Source of the DNA: an uncultured Trueperaceae bacterium
Lineage (GTDB): Bacteria > Deinococcota > Deinococci > Deinococcales > Trueperaceae
DNA: 64,000 bases
Direction: 5' to 3'
NCBI GenBank assembly: GCA_963727505.1
Contig: CAVSGP010000004.1
Coordinates: forward strand, 64,001-128,000
Part shown: positions 1 through 11,357 of the stretch, piece after piece
Layout: every line of letters begins with the position of its first letter
Numbering within the stretch: the stretch's first letter is position 1
Notes under the pieces: model-generated
What the model was told of the DNA's origin: nothing
Database searches by the model: none
Seen by the model: the letters and a program-made list of their open reading frames with translations, nothing else
Translations under genes and position numbers: made by a program

Positions 1-1050
1 GTGCCCGATACCGTCGGATACATGATGCCCTGGGAGTACGGCTCCCTCATCCAGCATCTGCGTGAGCATGTCCCCGGGATCGAAAACGTGGACATCAGCG
101 TGCATTGCCACGACGACCTCGGATGCGCCGTGATCAACAGTCTCGCCGGAGTCCAGAACGGCGCCACGCAGGTCGAGTGCACCGTCAATGGCATCGGAGA
201 GCGCGCCGGGAACGCTTCCCTGGAAGAGGTCGTGATGGCGCTGGAAACGCGCAAGGACTTCTGGAAGCACACCACCTCCATCGATACCACCGAGATCTAC
301 CGCTCCTCGAAGCTGGTGTCGGGGCTGACGGGCATGCTGGTGCCGCCCAACAAAGCGGTCGTCGGAGACAACGCCTTCGCGCACGAGGCCGGAATCCATC
401 AGGACGGCGTCATCAAGGCGCTCGAGACCTACGAGATCATGCACGCCGAGACCGTCGGCCGGCACGCCGGCGTCCTGGTCATGGGCAAGCACTCGGGCCG
501 GCGTGCTTTCCGTCAGAACCTCGCGGAGCTCGGCTACGAGGGCCTCTCGGACGACGACGTGAACGTGCTGTTCCGGCGCTTCAAGGATCTGTGCGACCGC
601 AAGAGCCACGTCACCAGCGAGGACATCCGTGCGCTGGTGGATGCCGAGACCACGCGCGTCCCGGAGACCTACCAGCTCCTGGCGGTGCAGTTCCAATCGG
701 GCACCGGCATGACGCCGGTGGCCACGGTGCGGCTCAAGACCGACACCGGCATCTACGAGGAGGCGTCGACCGGCGACGGCCCGGTAGATGCGGTCTACCA
801 CGCCATCGAGCGCGCCACGCAGCTCCCGCTGGAGCTCTCCAGCTACGAGATCCGCAGCGTAGGCGCAGGCAAGGACGCCATGGGCGAGGTGACGATCCGA
901 GTGCAGAGCGACGGTCGCACGGTGCACGGGCGCGGGCTCTCCACCGACGTGGTCGAAGCCTCGGCCCAGGCCTACGTCGATGTGCTGAACAAGCTGGCAG
1001 CGGGGGTGGGACGCCGGACGGATGCCAGCGAGGAGATGACGGCGCCATGA
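1..1050 (+). CDS. leuA: 2-isopropylmalate synthase (5'-truncated by window edge)
   Basis: HCHDDLG, NGIGERAGNA and HEAGIHQDG motifs; C-terminal regulatory domain with GDGPVDA. Confidence 0.93.
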   Translation: MPDTVGYMMPWEYGSLIQHLREHVPGIENVDISVHCHDDLGCAVINSLAGVQNGATQVECTVNGIGERAGNASLEEVVMALETRKDFWKHTTSIDTTEIYRSSKLVSGLTGMLVPPNKAVVGDNAFAHEAGIHQDGVIKALETYEIMHAETVGRHAGVLVMGKHSGRRAFRQNLAELGYEGLSDDDVNVLFRRFKDLCDRKSHVTSEDIRALVDAETTRVPETYQLLAVQFQSGTGMTPVATVRLKTDTGIYEEASTGDGPVDAVYHAIERATQLPLELSSYEIRSVGAGKDAMGEVTIRVQSDGRTVHGRGLSTDVVEASAQAYVDVLNKLAAGVGRRTDASEEMTAP

Positions 1051-1119
1051 CGAAGGCCGGACAGTCGAGCGGCCGTAGCGACCCGGGCGGCCTCCGCTAG
1101 GGGCGGTGGGAGGCGAGAC

Positions 1120-2763
<1,644 letters not shown>

Positions 2764-2911
2764 GCGGGGCCCGGTTGTATAACCATGCTCTCGCGGCGGC
2801 CCGCCCCTTGTCGTAGGCACCGTCGTTCCGTAACCTCGCGCAGGGCGGCGGCTTCGCTTCAAAATCGCCGCATGCCGCGCGCCGACGGTATCGAGCGCGT
2901 GGCCTGCTTCG

Positions 2912-2940
2912 TTGACAGCGTTGCTCGTGAACGGTATCAT
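2912..2940 (+). promoter_or_regulatory. sigma70-type promoter of gltB
   Basis: TTGACA (2912-2917), 17 bp spacer, TATCAT (2935-2940). Confidence 0.8.
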
Positions 2941-3185
2941 TTGCACCGAGGCCGCTCTCGAAGCGGCCGGTCTTGTAAGGAGTTGCCGCGTCCTGCAAGG
3001 CCTTGATACCTGGCGGCCAGCGTGAGGAACCCGTTGATCAAGTTGCTGATGCGAATGCCGGGGGCGGCACCCGAGGACTAGCACCTCGAGGAGCCCTGAT
3101 CCATGCGCGCCGGGCCGCGTTTCCGCAGGCGCGTCATCCGTTTTCTACAGACCGCCACGACCCTCGTCCCCCACGGGAGGATGCG

Positions 3186-6100
3186 ATGCACCAGTACTCC
3201 GACGTCTCGACCCTGGCCTGGCCCCGTGAGCGCGACGCTTGCGGCGTCGGCTTCATCGCCGACATGGGCGGCCGAAGGAGCCATGACGTCCTGGCGTACT
3301 CCCTGCAGGCGCTGCACAATCTGGCGCACCGCGGCGCGGTCAGCGCCGACGGCAAGACGGGCGACGGCGCAGGCGTGCTCACCCAGATCCCACACCGCCT
3401 GTTCCGGCGTGAACTCGAGTCCCGCGGCATCTTCCTGGAACGCGACCGTGATCTTGCGGTGGGCGTGTTCTTCGTGGCGAACGACGCACCTTACAAGAAG
3501 ATCTACGCCCTGGTGCGCGACGAGATCGCGCGCAGCCCACTGAAGACGCTGCTGTGGCGCGACCCGCCGCACGACGACAGCGCGCTGGGAGAGCAGGCGC
3601 GGACGCGCCTGCCGATCCTGCGCCAGGTGTTGCTGGGCAAACCCGAGTGGCTCAGCGACGACGGCTTCGAGCGCCAGCTCTACCTGACCCGCAAGCGCAT
3701 CGAGCACCGCCTCCGGGAGGCCGGCCTCGGACGCGCCTACATCCCGTCGTTCTCGAGCAGGACCATCAGCTACAAGGGGCTGATGGTGGCCGACCAGCTT
3801 CCCAAGTTCTATCTCGACCTGGCCGACCCCGATTTCGACACCGCGATCTCGGTCTTCCATCAGCGCTACAGCACCAACACCATGCCGCGCTGGTCCCTCG
3901 CCCAGCCTTTCCGGTTCCTCGCGCACAACGGCGAGATCAACACCCTGCAGGGCAACGTCAACTTCATGCGGGCGCGCGAGCCCATGATGTCGAGTTACCT
4001 GTGGGGTCCCGAGGTGCGCGATCTGCTGCCCATCATCGAGCCCGGGGGGAGCGACTCCGCGGCGCTCGATAACGCACTCGAGCTACTGGCGCTCTCCGGG
4101 CGCGACCTGCTGCACAGCCTGATGATGCTGGTCCCGCAGGCCTACGAACAGGACGCCGCGATCAGCGACGAGCTGCGCGGCTTCTACGACTACCACGGCA
4201 CCCTCATGGAGCCCTGGGACGGCCCGGCCGCTCTCGCGCTTACCGACGGGCGCTACGCGGTGGCAGGGTTGGACCGCAACGGCCTCCGCCCTCAGCGCTA
4301 CTGGATCCGCCGCGACGGCCTCGTGGTGGTGGGGTCGGAGGCGGGCGTGCTGCCGATGGACGAGGCCGACATCGTCGAGAAGGGACGCCTGGGGCCGGGC
4401 AGGTTGCTTGCGGTCGATACCATCGAGGGCAAGCTTCTGCGCGACGAGGAAATCAAGGCCCGCTACGGTCGCAGGCAGCCCTACCGAGAGTGGGTGGAAC
4501 GCTACGGCGTCCCGTTGCAGCGCGTCGAAGAGCCCCTCGACGGGCGCCCCTGGGACGAGGCGGAGCTCGTCAGGACCCAGAAGACGTTCGGCTACTCCAG
4601 CGAAGATTACGACCGCATCTTCCAGCCCATGTGCTTCGAAGCGTCGATCCCGGTCGGATCGATGGGGGACGACACCCCGCTGGCGGTGCTGTCCGAGCAG
4701 CCCCAGCAGATCTACCGCTACTTCAAGCAGCGCTTCGCACAGGTGACCAACCCGCCCATCGACCCCTTGCGCGAGCGCCTGGTGATGTCGCTCAAGACGG
4801 TCGTCGGCCCGCGCTCCAGCGTCCTCGAGCAGGAGCCGGAGGCGACCCGCGTGATGCGCTTCGAGAGCCCCATCGTGGACGCCGCCACGCTGCGCTACCT
4901 CCGGCAGCAGCAGCAGTTCGGGACGGCCACGCTGCAGACGCGCTTCCGGGTGAGCGATGGGCCCGAGGGGCTCGAACGGACCCTCGAGGACCTCGCCGAC
5001 CAGGCGCAGGAGCAGGTGGAAGCGGGCGTGAGCGTGCTGGTGCTCTCGGACCGCGACATCGACGGGGAGTGGGCGCCGGTCCCTATGCTGCTGGCCGTCG
5101 GCGCGGTGCACCACCGCCTCCTTCTGGTCGGGCGACGGACCAAGGCCGCCATCGTGTGCGAGACCGGCGAGCCACGCGAGGACCATCACTACGCCGCGCT
5201 CATCGGCTACGGCGCCGCCTTGATCCACCCCTATCTGGCTTTCGCGACGGCCCGCCACGCGGCCGTGAGCGCCAAGCACCGCGAACCCATCGACGGCGAC
5301 CTTGCGGTCGAGAACTACGTCAAGGCGGTGGAGAAGGGCCTGCTGAAGGTCATGTCGAAGATGGGCATCTCGACCACCGCGAGCTACCGCGGGGCGCAGA
5401 TCTTCGAAGCCGTCGGCGTCCATCGCGACGTCATCGAGCGCTACTTCTACGGCACGCCCGGGCGGGTCGGAGGGGCCACGCTCGAGACCTTCGGCACCGA
5501 CGTACTGCGCTTCCACGCCGGGGCCTTCGGTGAGGACGAGGGTCTGGCCGACCGGGGGATCTACCGCTTCCGCAAGGCGGGCGAGTACCACGCCTTCCAT
5601 CCGCTGGTGTTCAAGTCCCTGCACAAGGCGGTGCGCAACAGCGACTTCGATGCCTACCAGGAGTTCGCGCGTCAGGTCGCCGAGCGTCCGCCCACCAGCC
5701 TGCGGGATCTGCTCGACGTTGGGCCGCTGGGCGCGGCCGTCCCGCTCGACGAGGTCGAGCCGGCCGAGGCGATCGTCCGGCGCTTCACCACCCAGGCGAT
5801 GAGCCACGGGTCGGTATCGCGCGAAGCGCACCAGACGCTCGCCATCGCCATGAACCGCCTGCAGGGGAAGAGCAACTCGGGGGAGGGGGGTGAGGATCCG
5901 GTCCGCTTCCAACCCTACGAGCGGGACATGCCCGAACTGAGCGAGGCGCCCGACTGGCATCCGCACGCCGGCGACTGGGCCAACAGCGCCATCAAACAGG
6001 TCGCCTCGGGACGTTTCGGAGTGACGCCGAGCTACCTTGCCAGCGCCCAGGAGATCGAGATCAAGATGGCGCAGGGCTCCAAGCCCGGCGAGGGCGGCCA

Positions 6101-7760
6101 GATCCCCGGCAAGAAGGTCTCCGAGGAGATCGCACGCATCCGCCACGCGGTGCCGGGCGTCACCCTCATCAGTCCGCCGCCCCACCACGACATCTACTCC
6201 ATCGAAGACCTGGCGCAACTCATCTATGACGTCAAACGCGTCAACCGACGCGCCCGGGTCGGCGTCAAGCTGGTGTCGACCGCCGGCGTGGGCACGATCG
6301 CTGCCGGCGTTGCCAAGGGCTACGCCGACAACATCCAGATCAGTGGCTTCGACGGCGGCACGGGCGCCAGCCCGCTGTCGAGCGTCAAGCACGCCGGCGT
6401 TCCCTGGGAGCTGGGGCTCGCCGAGACGCAGCAGGTGCTCGTCGAGAACGATCTCCGGGGTCGCGTGACGCTACGCGTAGACGGCGGCATGAAGACGGGC
6501 CGGGACGTCGTCGTGGCGGCCCTGCTGGGGGCCGAGGAGTACGGATTCGGAACCGCCGCGCTGGTCGCCGCAGGGTGCGCCATGATCCGCCAGTGCCACC
6601 TGAACACCTGCCCCGTCGGCGTGGCCACCCAGGACCCCGAGTTGCGCAAGCGCTACCAGGGCGAGCCGGAACACGTCGTCCGTTTCTTCCTGTACATCGC
6701 GCAACAGGTCCGCATGATGCTGGCAGGGCTGGGAGCGAGGAGCCTGGACGAGCTGGTGGGACGCGTGGACCTCTTGCAGGCCCGTGAGGTCGTCCTGGCC
6801 AAGAACGTGACTCTCGACCTCTCGGACGTCCTGCGCGATCCCGATCCCGGCGGCAGCAAGGCGCGCCGCAGCCAGCAGCGTCACAACGACCGCCCGGAGA
6901 AGGTGTCGCCGCTCGACGAGCGGTTGTGGCTGGACGCGCAGGCGGCCGTCGAGCGCGCGGAGCCGGTGCGCCTCAGCTACAGCATCCACAATGGGGAGCG
7001 CAGTGTAGGCGCGCGTGTGTCGGGGGAGATCGCCCGCCTGTACGGGGAATCCGGGCTGGCGCCGGGTATGGTGCGCGTGGCGTTCCAGGGCGCGGCCGGG
7101 CAGAGTTTCGGGGCGTTCGCCAACCACGGCATGCACCTGCGGCTGGTGGGCGAGGCGCAAGACTACGTCGGCAAGGGCATGGCCGGCGGCGAGATCGCGG
7201 TGCTGCCCCCGCCGGGCACCACGCGCGCGCCCAACGGCAACGTGATCGTGGGCAACACGGTGCTCTACGGCGCCACCGGGGGCAGTCTGTACGCGGCCGG
7301 CAAGGCGGGCGAGCGCCTTTGCGTGCGCAACTCGGGGGCGCGGGCGGTGGTCGAGGGTTGTGGCGACCACGGCTGCGAGTACATGACGAGCGGGGTCGCC
7401 GTGGTGCTCGGACGCACCGGCCGAAACTTCGGTGCGGGCATGTCCGGCGGCATCGCGTTCGTGTTCGATGAGGACGGCACCTTCGCGGAGCGCACCAATC
7501 CCGGCATGGTGCGGGTGGTGGAGTTGACCGGCTCGGTCGACGAGGCGCTCTTGAAGGCGCTGATCGAGCGCCACGTGGCCCTCACCGGCTCACCCCTGGC
7601 CCAGGCTCTGCTCGAAGGCTGGTCGGATGCGCACACCCGCTTCGTGAAGGTGGAGCCGCACCCCTCACTCGAGGACGCGACGGCTCGCGAACAGCGTGGC
7701 CCACAACTGGAGGAAGAGTTGCTGGCGCAGGTCAGGGCGGATGCCGCCGCGTACGCCTGA
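3186..7760 (+). CDS. gltB: glutamate synthase large subunit
   Basis: ERDA-CGVGF Ntn-amidotransferase start, HQRYSTNT, KMAQGSKPGEGG, CxxxxxCxxxxC (CAMIRQCHLNTC); ATG at 3186 after GGGAGG. Confidence 0.96.
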   Translation: MHQYSDVSTLAWPRERDACGVGFIADMGGRRSHDVLAYSLQALHNLAHRGAVSADGKTGDGAGVLTQIPHRLFRRELESRGIFLERDRDLAVGVFFVANDAPYKKIYALVRDEIARSPLKTLLWRDPPHDDSALGEQARTRLPILRQVLLGKPEWLSDDGFERQLYLTRKRIEHRLREAGLGRAYIPSFSSRTISYKGLMVADQLPKFYLDLADPDFDTAISVFHQRYSTNTMPRWSLAQPFRFLAHNGEINTLQGNVNFMRAREPMMSSYLWGPEVRDLLPIIEPGGSDSAALDNALELLALSGRDLLHSLMMLVPQAYEQDAAISDELRGFYDYHGTLMEPWDGPAALALTDGRYAVAGLDRNGLRPQRYWIRRDGLVVVGSEAGVLPMDEADIVEKGRLGPGRLLAVDTIEGKLLRDEEIKARYGRRQPYREWVERYGVPLQRVEEPLDGRPWDEAELVRTQKTFGYSSEDYDRIFQPMCFEASIPVGSMGDDTPLAVLSEQPQQIYRYFKQRFAQVTNPPIDPLRERLVMSLKTVVGPRSSVLEQEPEATRVMRFESPIVDAATLRYLRQQQQFGTATLQTRFRVSDGPEGLERTLEDLADQAQEQVEAGVSVLVLSDRDIDGEWAPVPMLLAVGAVHHRLLLVGRRTKAAIVCETGEPREDHHYAALIGYGAALIHPYLAFATARHAAVSAKHREPIDGDLAVENYVKAVEKGLLKVMSKMGISTTASYRGAQIFEAVGVHRDVIERYFYGTPGRVGGATLETFGTDVLRFHAGAFGEDEGLADRGIYRFRKAGEYHAFHPLVFKSLHKAVRNSDFDAYQEFARQVAERPPTSLRDLLDVGPLGAAVPLDEVEPAEAIVRRFTTQAMSHGSVSREAHQTLAIAMNRLQGKSNSGEGGEDPVRFQPYERDMPELSEAPDWHPHAGDWANSAIKQVASGRFGVTPSYLASAQEIEIKMAQGSKPGEGGQIPGKKVSEEIARIRHAVPGVTLISPPPHHDIYSIEDLAQLIYDVKRVNRRARVGVKLVSTAGVGTIAAGVAKGYADNIQISGFDGGTGASPLSSVKHAGVPWELGLAETQQVLVENDLRGRVTLRVDGGMKTGRDVVVAALLGAEEYGFGTAALVAAGCAMIRQCHLNTCPVGVATQDPELRKRYQGEPEHVVRFFLYIAQQVRMMLAGLGARSLDELVGRVDLLQAREVVLAKNVTLDLSDVLRDPDPGGSKARRSQQRHNDRPEKVSPLDERLWLDAQAAVERAEPVRLSYSIHNGERSVGARVSGEIARLYGESGLAPGMVRVAFQGAAGQSFGAFANHGMHLRLVGEAQDYVGKGMAGGEIAVLPPPGTTRAPNGNVIVGNTVLYGATGGSLYAAGKAGERLCVRNSGARAVVEGCGDHGCEYMTSGVAVVLGRTGRNFGAGMSGGIAFVFDEDGTFAERTNPGMVRVVELTGSVDEALLKALIERHVALTGSPLAQALLEGWSDAHTRFVKVEPHPSLEDATAREQRGPQLEEELLAQVRADAAAYA

Positions 7761-7781
7761 GGCCGTGCGGCGCGCCCCGCG

Positions 7782-9635
7782 TCAGCGGTAGGCGGCCACC
7801 GTGCCGTCGAGGGCTGCCACCACCACGCCGTCGCCTACGGGCAGAGGGCTCGCCTGCACGGCGCTGCTCCCGACGCGGTCGCGGAACAACAGCTGCCCTC
7901 CGCGGGCGTCGAAGCACAGCAGCTCGCCGCCCTCGGTGCCGAGGTAGAGCGTGCCGGATGCGAGCATGGGAGCGGCGGTGACGGCCGCTGGCAGGTCACG
8001 CACCCATACGTCGTCGCCCGTCTTCAGCGATAGACAGTGCAGTCGGCGGCCCCAGGAGACGGCATAGACCCGCTGGTTCCAGATCAGCGGCGTCGCCCAC
8101 AGCTCCCCTTCGAGGTCGAACGTCCAGATCGTGTCGTGGCGGGCGAGATCGAAGGCATGCAGCGCCCCGCTGCGCTCGGGGATCAGCAGCACGCCCTCGG
8201 CGGCGGACAGCGTTGCGACCACCGGCCCGACCTCCACCTTGAAGCTCGGCGAGCCGTCGTCGGCCCGGACGGCATGCAGCCAACCGTCCTCGGTGGCGAA
8301 CAACAGGAGCCCGCGGTGCACGGTGGGCGGCGTCGCCGCGGCCGAACCGGCATCGTAGTGCCAGCGTTCGCTGCCGTCGAGTTCCCAGGCGCCGGCGCCC
8401 ACCTTCCGATCGGTGACCAGCAGGGCGTCGCCCAGCGGGAGCACCCCCACCACGTCGGCATCGTCCTGCCGCCACAGCGTTTCGCCGCGGGGCCAGGCGA
8501 TGGCGTGCACCGCACCGTCCCGGCTCACCACCAGGATGCGGTCACCCGCGAACGCGGGCGGCTGGCTGACCTCGTCGCGCAGCTCGAAGGTCGCCTGCAC
8601 CCCGCCGTCGGCGGGCCTCAGCACGGCCAGGGCGTCGCTGCGCTGCCCGACCAGCACGAAGCCGCCCGCGGCGGCGATGCCGGCGGGCCACTGCGGACCT
8701 TCCTCGAGCTTCCGGACCCACTGGCGTGCCAGTCCGGTCGCCGAGGCCGGTCCCCGTGGGTAGAGGCCGCGACGGCCGGGGCCGCCGAGCGCCACATGGG
8801 TGGCGCGCTCGCGCAGGCTGGCCAGGACCGAGCGCAGCGCGTCGGCTACCGCGAAACCGGAGAGCGGGCGCTGATCGGGGTCCTTCTGGAGAAGGCCGGC
8901 GATGAGGCGCGAGAGCGGTTCCGGCACCTGGGCGTTGAGCTCGGCGGCCGGGGTAGGGGCCCCGTAGACGTGCTGGTAGAGGACGGCCTGATCGTTATCG
9001 GCGTCGAACGGGGCGGACCCCGTCACCGTGCGGTAGAGCACCGCACCGAAGGCGTAGAGGTCGGTAGCCGCGCCGGTCGCGTCGCCGGTGGCCTGCTCCG
9101 GGGCCATGTACTGTGGCGTGCCAAGGGTGAACCCGGTACGCGTCAACTCACGAGAGGTCTCGGTGAGCTGCACCAGCCCGAAGTCCATCACCTTGGGGTG
9201 TCCCTGCTGGGTGAGAAGGATGTTGCGGGGCGTCAGGTCGCGGTGCACCATGCCGAGCCGGTGCACGTACCCGAGGGCCTCGGCGACCGTGATGGCGGCG
9301 CGGAACAGACGCTCGAGCGCTTCGGGATCGGCTTCCATGGGACCCAGGTCGGTGACAGGACCGCCTTCGATGAGCTCCATGGCGAAGTACACGTGCTCAC
9401 CCAGCCCGAGGTCGTAGATGCTGACGATGCCGGGATGGTTCAGCCTGGCCAGGGCGCGGATCTCACGCCGGAAACGTTCGCTGTCGGTGTCGGTGAGGTG
9501 GGGGCGTAGGACCTTGAGCGCCACCGCCCGTTCGAGGTGTCGGTCGCGGGCCCGGAACACCTGGGCCATGCCCCCAGCGCCGAGGACACCCAGGATGTCG
9601 TAGCGGTTGTCGACGACGTCGCCGGTCTGGAACAT
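7782..9635 (-). CDS. Hanks-type Ser/Thr protein kinase with C-terminal PQQ-like beta-propeller (RqkA-like)
   Basis: LGAGGMA, VALK, HRDLTPRN, DFG and GTPQYMAPE motifs, followed by Trp-containing propeller repeats; no transmembrane segment. Confidence 0.9.
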   Translation of the reverse strand: MFQTGDVVDNRYDILGVLGAGGMAQVFRARDRHLERAVALKVLRPHLTDTDSERFRREIRALARLNHPGIVSIYDLGLGEHVYFAMELIEGGPVTDLGPMEADPEALERLFRAAITVAEALGYVHRLGMVHRDLTPRNILLTQQGHPKVMDFGLVQLTETSRELTRTGFTLGTPQYMAPEQATGDATGAATDLYAFGAVLYRTVTGSAPFDADNDQAVLYQHVYGAPTPAAELNAQVPEPLSRLIAGLLQKDPDQRPLSGFAVADALRSVLASLRERATHVALGGPGRRGLYPRGPASATGLARQWVRKLEEGPQWPAGIAAAGGFVLVGQRSDALAVLRPADGGVQATFELRDEVSQPPAFAGDRILVVSRDGAVHAIAWPRGETLWRQDDADVVGVLPLGDALLVTDRKVGAGAWELDGSERWHYDAGSAAATPPTVHRGLLLFATEDGWLHAVRADDGSPSFKVEVGPVVATLSAAEGVLLIPERSGALHAFDLARHDTIWTFDLEGELWATPLIWNQRVYAVSWGRRLHCLSLKTGDDVWVRDLPAAVTAAPMLASGTLYLGTEGGELLCFDARGGQLLFRDRVGSSAVQASPLPVGDGVVVAALDGTVAAYR

Positions 9636-9650
9636 CGGAGCGCGCCGCGC

Positions 9651-9860
9651 TCAGTGCTCTTCGAGCGTCTTGAGCAGCTCGGGGTCGATCCGGCCCTCCT
9701 CGACGGCCCGGTTCAACATCTCGATGCCTAAGCGCACGACCTCCGACTTGGACACGAGGCGCTCCGGGTTCGAGAGCTGGTAGGCCGTCTTCGTGAGCAG
9801 GGAGTCCTGGGCCTCGGTGATGACGACCTGCAGTCGCTTGCTTTTCTCCCGCTTGGGCAC
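9651..9860 (-). CDS. small ribbon-helix-helix-like DNA-binding protein
   Basis: GTG after GAGGAG; alternating strand KRLQVVI then helices with SKSEVVR; directly upstream of the kinase. Confidence 0.75.
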   Translation of the reverse strand: MPKREKSKRLQVVITEAQDSLLTKTAYQLSNPERLVSKSEVVRLGIEMLNRAVEEGRIDPELLKTLEEH

Positions 9861-9895
9861 GGCGCTCCTCTCCATGCGTATGCTTGTGGCAAGCA

Positions 9896-9925
9896 ACTAT
9901 AGCATCCGACGCATTTTCTTGACAA
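9896..9925 (-). promoter_or_regulatory. promoter of RHH-kinase operon
   Basis: Minus strand TTGTCA, 18 bp spacer, TATAGT with TG extension. Confidence 0.6.
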
Positions 9926-9947
9926 TGTTGCTGTACCAGCCTAGACT
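9919..9947 (+). promoter_or_regulatory. sigma70-type promoter of murA
   Basis: TTGACA (9919-9924), 17 bp spacer, TAGACT (9942-9947). Confidence 0.8.
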
Positions 9948-10028
9948 ACGAGTGCGACGGATGTGTAACTTGCACATGATGTGGCAAATCTCACACGGGC
10001 CGGAAGGGACGCCGGGCGAGGGGCTGGG

Positions 10029-11342
10029 ATGACCGACGACAACGACCTCCTGATCATCCACGGCGGTAAGCCCCTGTCGGGCGATCTCCGGGTGTTCAGC
10101 GCGAAGAACTCGGCCCTCTACCTGATGCTCGCGTCGCTCCTCACCGACGAGCCCGTGGTGCTGGAGGACGTACCGCGCCTCAGCGACGTACTCGTCACCG
10201 AGGAGATCCTTCGCCACGTGGGCGTCGAGACGCGTTGGGAGGGCAGGGACCTGCACCTCCACGCGCGCACCATCAGCACCTGCCATGCACCCTACAGCCT
10301 CGTCAGCAAGATGCGCGCCAGCTTCGTCGCCATGGGGGCGCTACTGGCCCGTTGCGGTGAGGCCCGCATCCCGATGCCGGGCGGCTGCGCCTTCGGCCCC
10401 AGGCCGGTGGACCGCCACATCCAGGCGTTCCGCGACCTGGGCGTCCACGTCGACGAGGACGAAGGAGACTTCGTGGCGCGTCGCGTCGGGCCACTCGGGG
10501 ATCACGTGAGCTTCGAGGTCTCGACCGTCGGCGGCACCCAGAACGTCCTGCTGGCGGCGGCGCTGTCGGGCCGTGACGTGGTGATCGAGAATGCCGCGCT
10601 CGAGCCCGAGGTGCCCGATCTGGCCCGCATGCTGACCGCGATGGGAGCGTCGGTCGAAGGGGCGGGGACGTCGGTACTCCGTGTTCACGGCGCCGAGCGT
10701 CTGCATGGCGTCCGGTACCGCCCCATCCCGGATCGTATCGAGGCCGGCACCTACCTGCTGGCGGCCGCAGCGAGTCGCGGACGGGCGCGTCTGCAGAACG
10801 TCCGGGCAGACCACCTGGACGCCACGCTCGAGGCGCTCTCCCGCACCGGCGTGCGCATCGACACCGGCCCGGACGGGGTAGGCATCGACGCGACCGGGCA
10901 GCTCGAGCCGACCGACATCGTCGCAAGGCCCTTCCCGGGCCTTCCCACCGACCTGCAGGCGCCCTTCGGCGCCTTCCTGGCCACGATCGAAGGCAGCAGC
11001 ACGGTGCGCGATGAGATCTACCCCTACCGTTACACGCACATCGAAGCGCTCGCCAAGACGGGCGCCCGCATGGTGCTCGACGACCGGGTCCTCAGCATCG
11101 AGGGCGGTCCGCTGGTGGGTGCGACCATGCACGCAGCCGACATCCGCGCGGGCGGTGCACTCATCGTCGCGGCCCTGGCTGCGCGTGGGCGCTCCGAGAT
11201 CAGCGGGGTGGGCTTCATCGACCGTGGCTACGAGGACGTCGCCGGTCGCCTGGCCCGTCTCGGTGCCGAGGTCGTGCGCGCGGGCAGCGAGGGAGCACCC
11301 GGTGTGCCCGAGCTGTTCGTTACCGGTACCTACGGCCGCTGA
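10029..11342 (+). CDS. murA: UDP-N-acetylglucosamine 1-carboxyvinyltransferase
   Basis: AKNSAL, KMRAS, PGGCAFGPRPVD, PDRIEAGT, PTDLQ, DIRAG and IDRGYE motifs. Confidence 0.95.
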   Translation: MTDDNDLLIIHGGKPLSGDLRVFSAKNSALYLMLASLLTDEPVVLEDVPRLSDVLVTEEILRHVGVETRWEGRDLHLHARTISTCHAPYSLVSKMRASFVAMGALLARCGEARIPMPGGCAFGPRPVDRHIQAFRDLGVHVDEDEGDFVARRVGPLGDHVSFEVSTVGGTQNVLLAAALSGRDVVIENAALEPEVPDLARMLTAMGASVEGAGTSVLRVHGAERLHGVRYRPIPDRIEAGTYLLAAAASRGRARLQNVRADHLDATLEALSRTGVRIDTGPDGVGIDATGQLEPTDIVARPFPGLPTDLQAPFGAFLATIEGSSTVRDEIYPYRYTHIEALAKTGARMVLDDRVLSIEGGPLVGATMHAADIRAGGALIVAALAARGRSEISGVGFIDRGYEDVAGRLARLGAEVVRAGSEGAPGVPELFVTGTYGR

Positions 11343-11357
11343 CCGGCTGGCCGGACC

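Noticed and set aside
3059..3098. T-box-like GGGGCGGCACC antiterminator in the gltB leader
   Set aside because: The bulge reads CGGC rather than UGGN, and no stem I elements are recognisable
3003..3185. N-terminal extension of gltB in the ORF track
   Set aside because: ATG 3186 has a strong RBS and sits just before the conserved ERDACG motif; the extension is leader sequence
3103..3543. Out-of-frame ORF with GAGGAG upstream, overlapping gltB
   Set aside because: It overlaps the conserved gltB frame for most of its length and has shadow-ORF composition
4083..6392. Long antisense ORFs (this one, and 39968-41536, 57355-59472, 60226-62397, 29306-31078)
   Set aside because: They mirror well-supported genes on the other strand, as expected from high-GC codon bias, and show no family motifs
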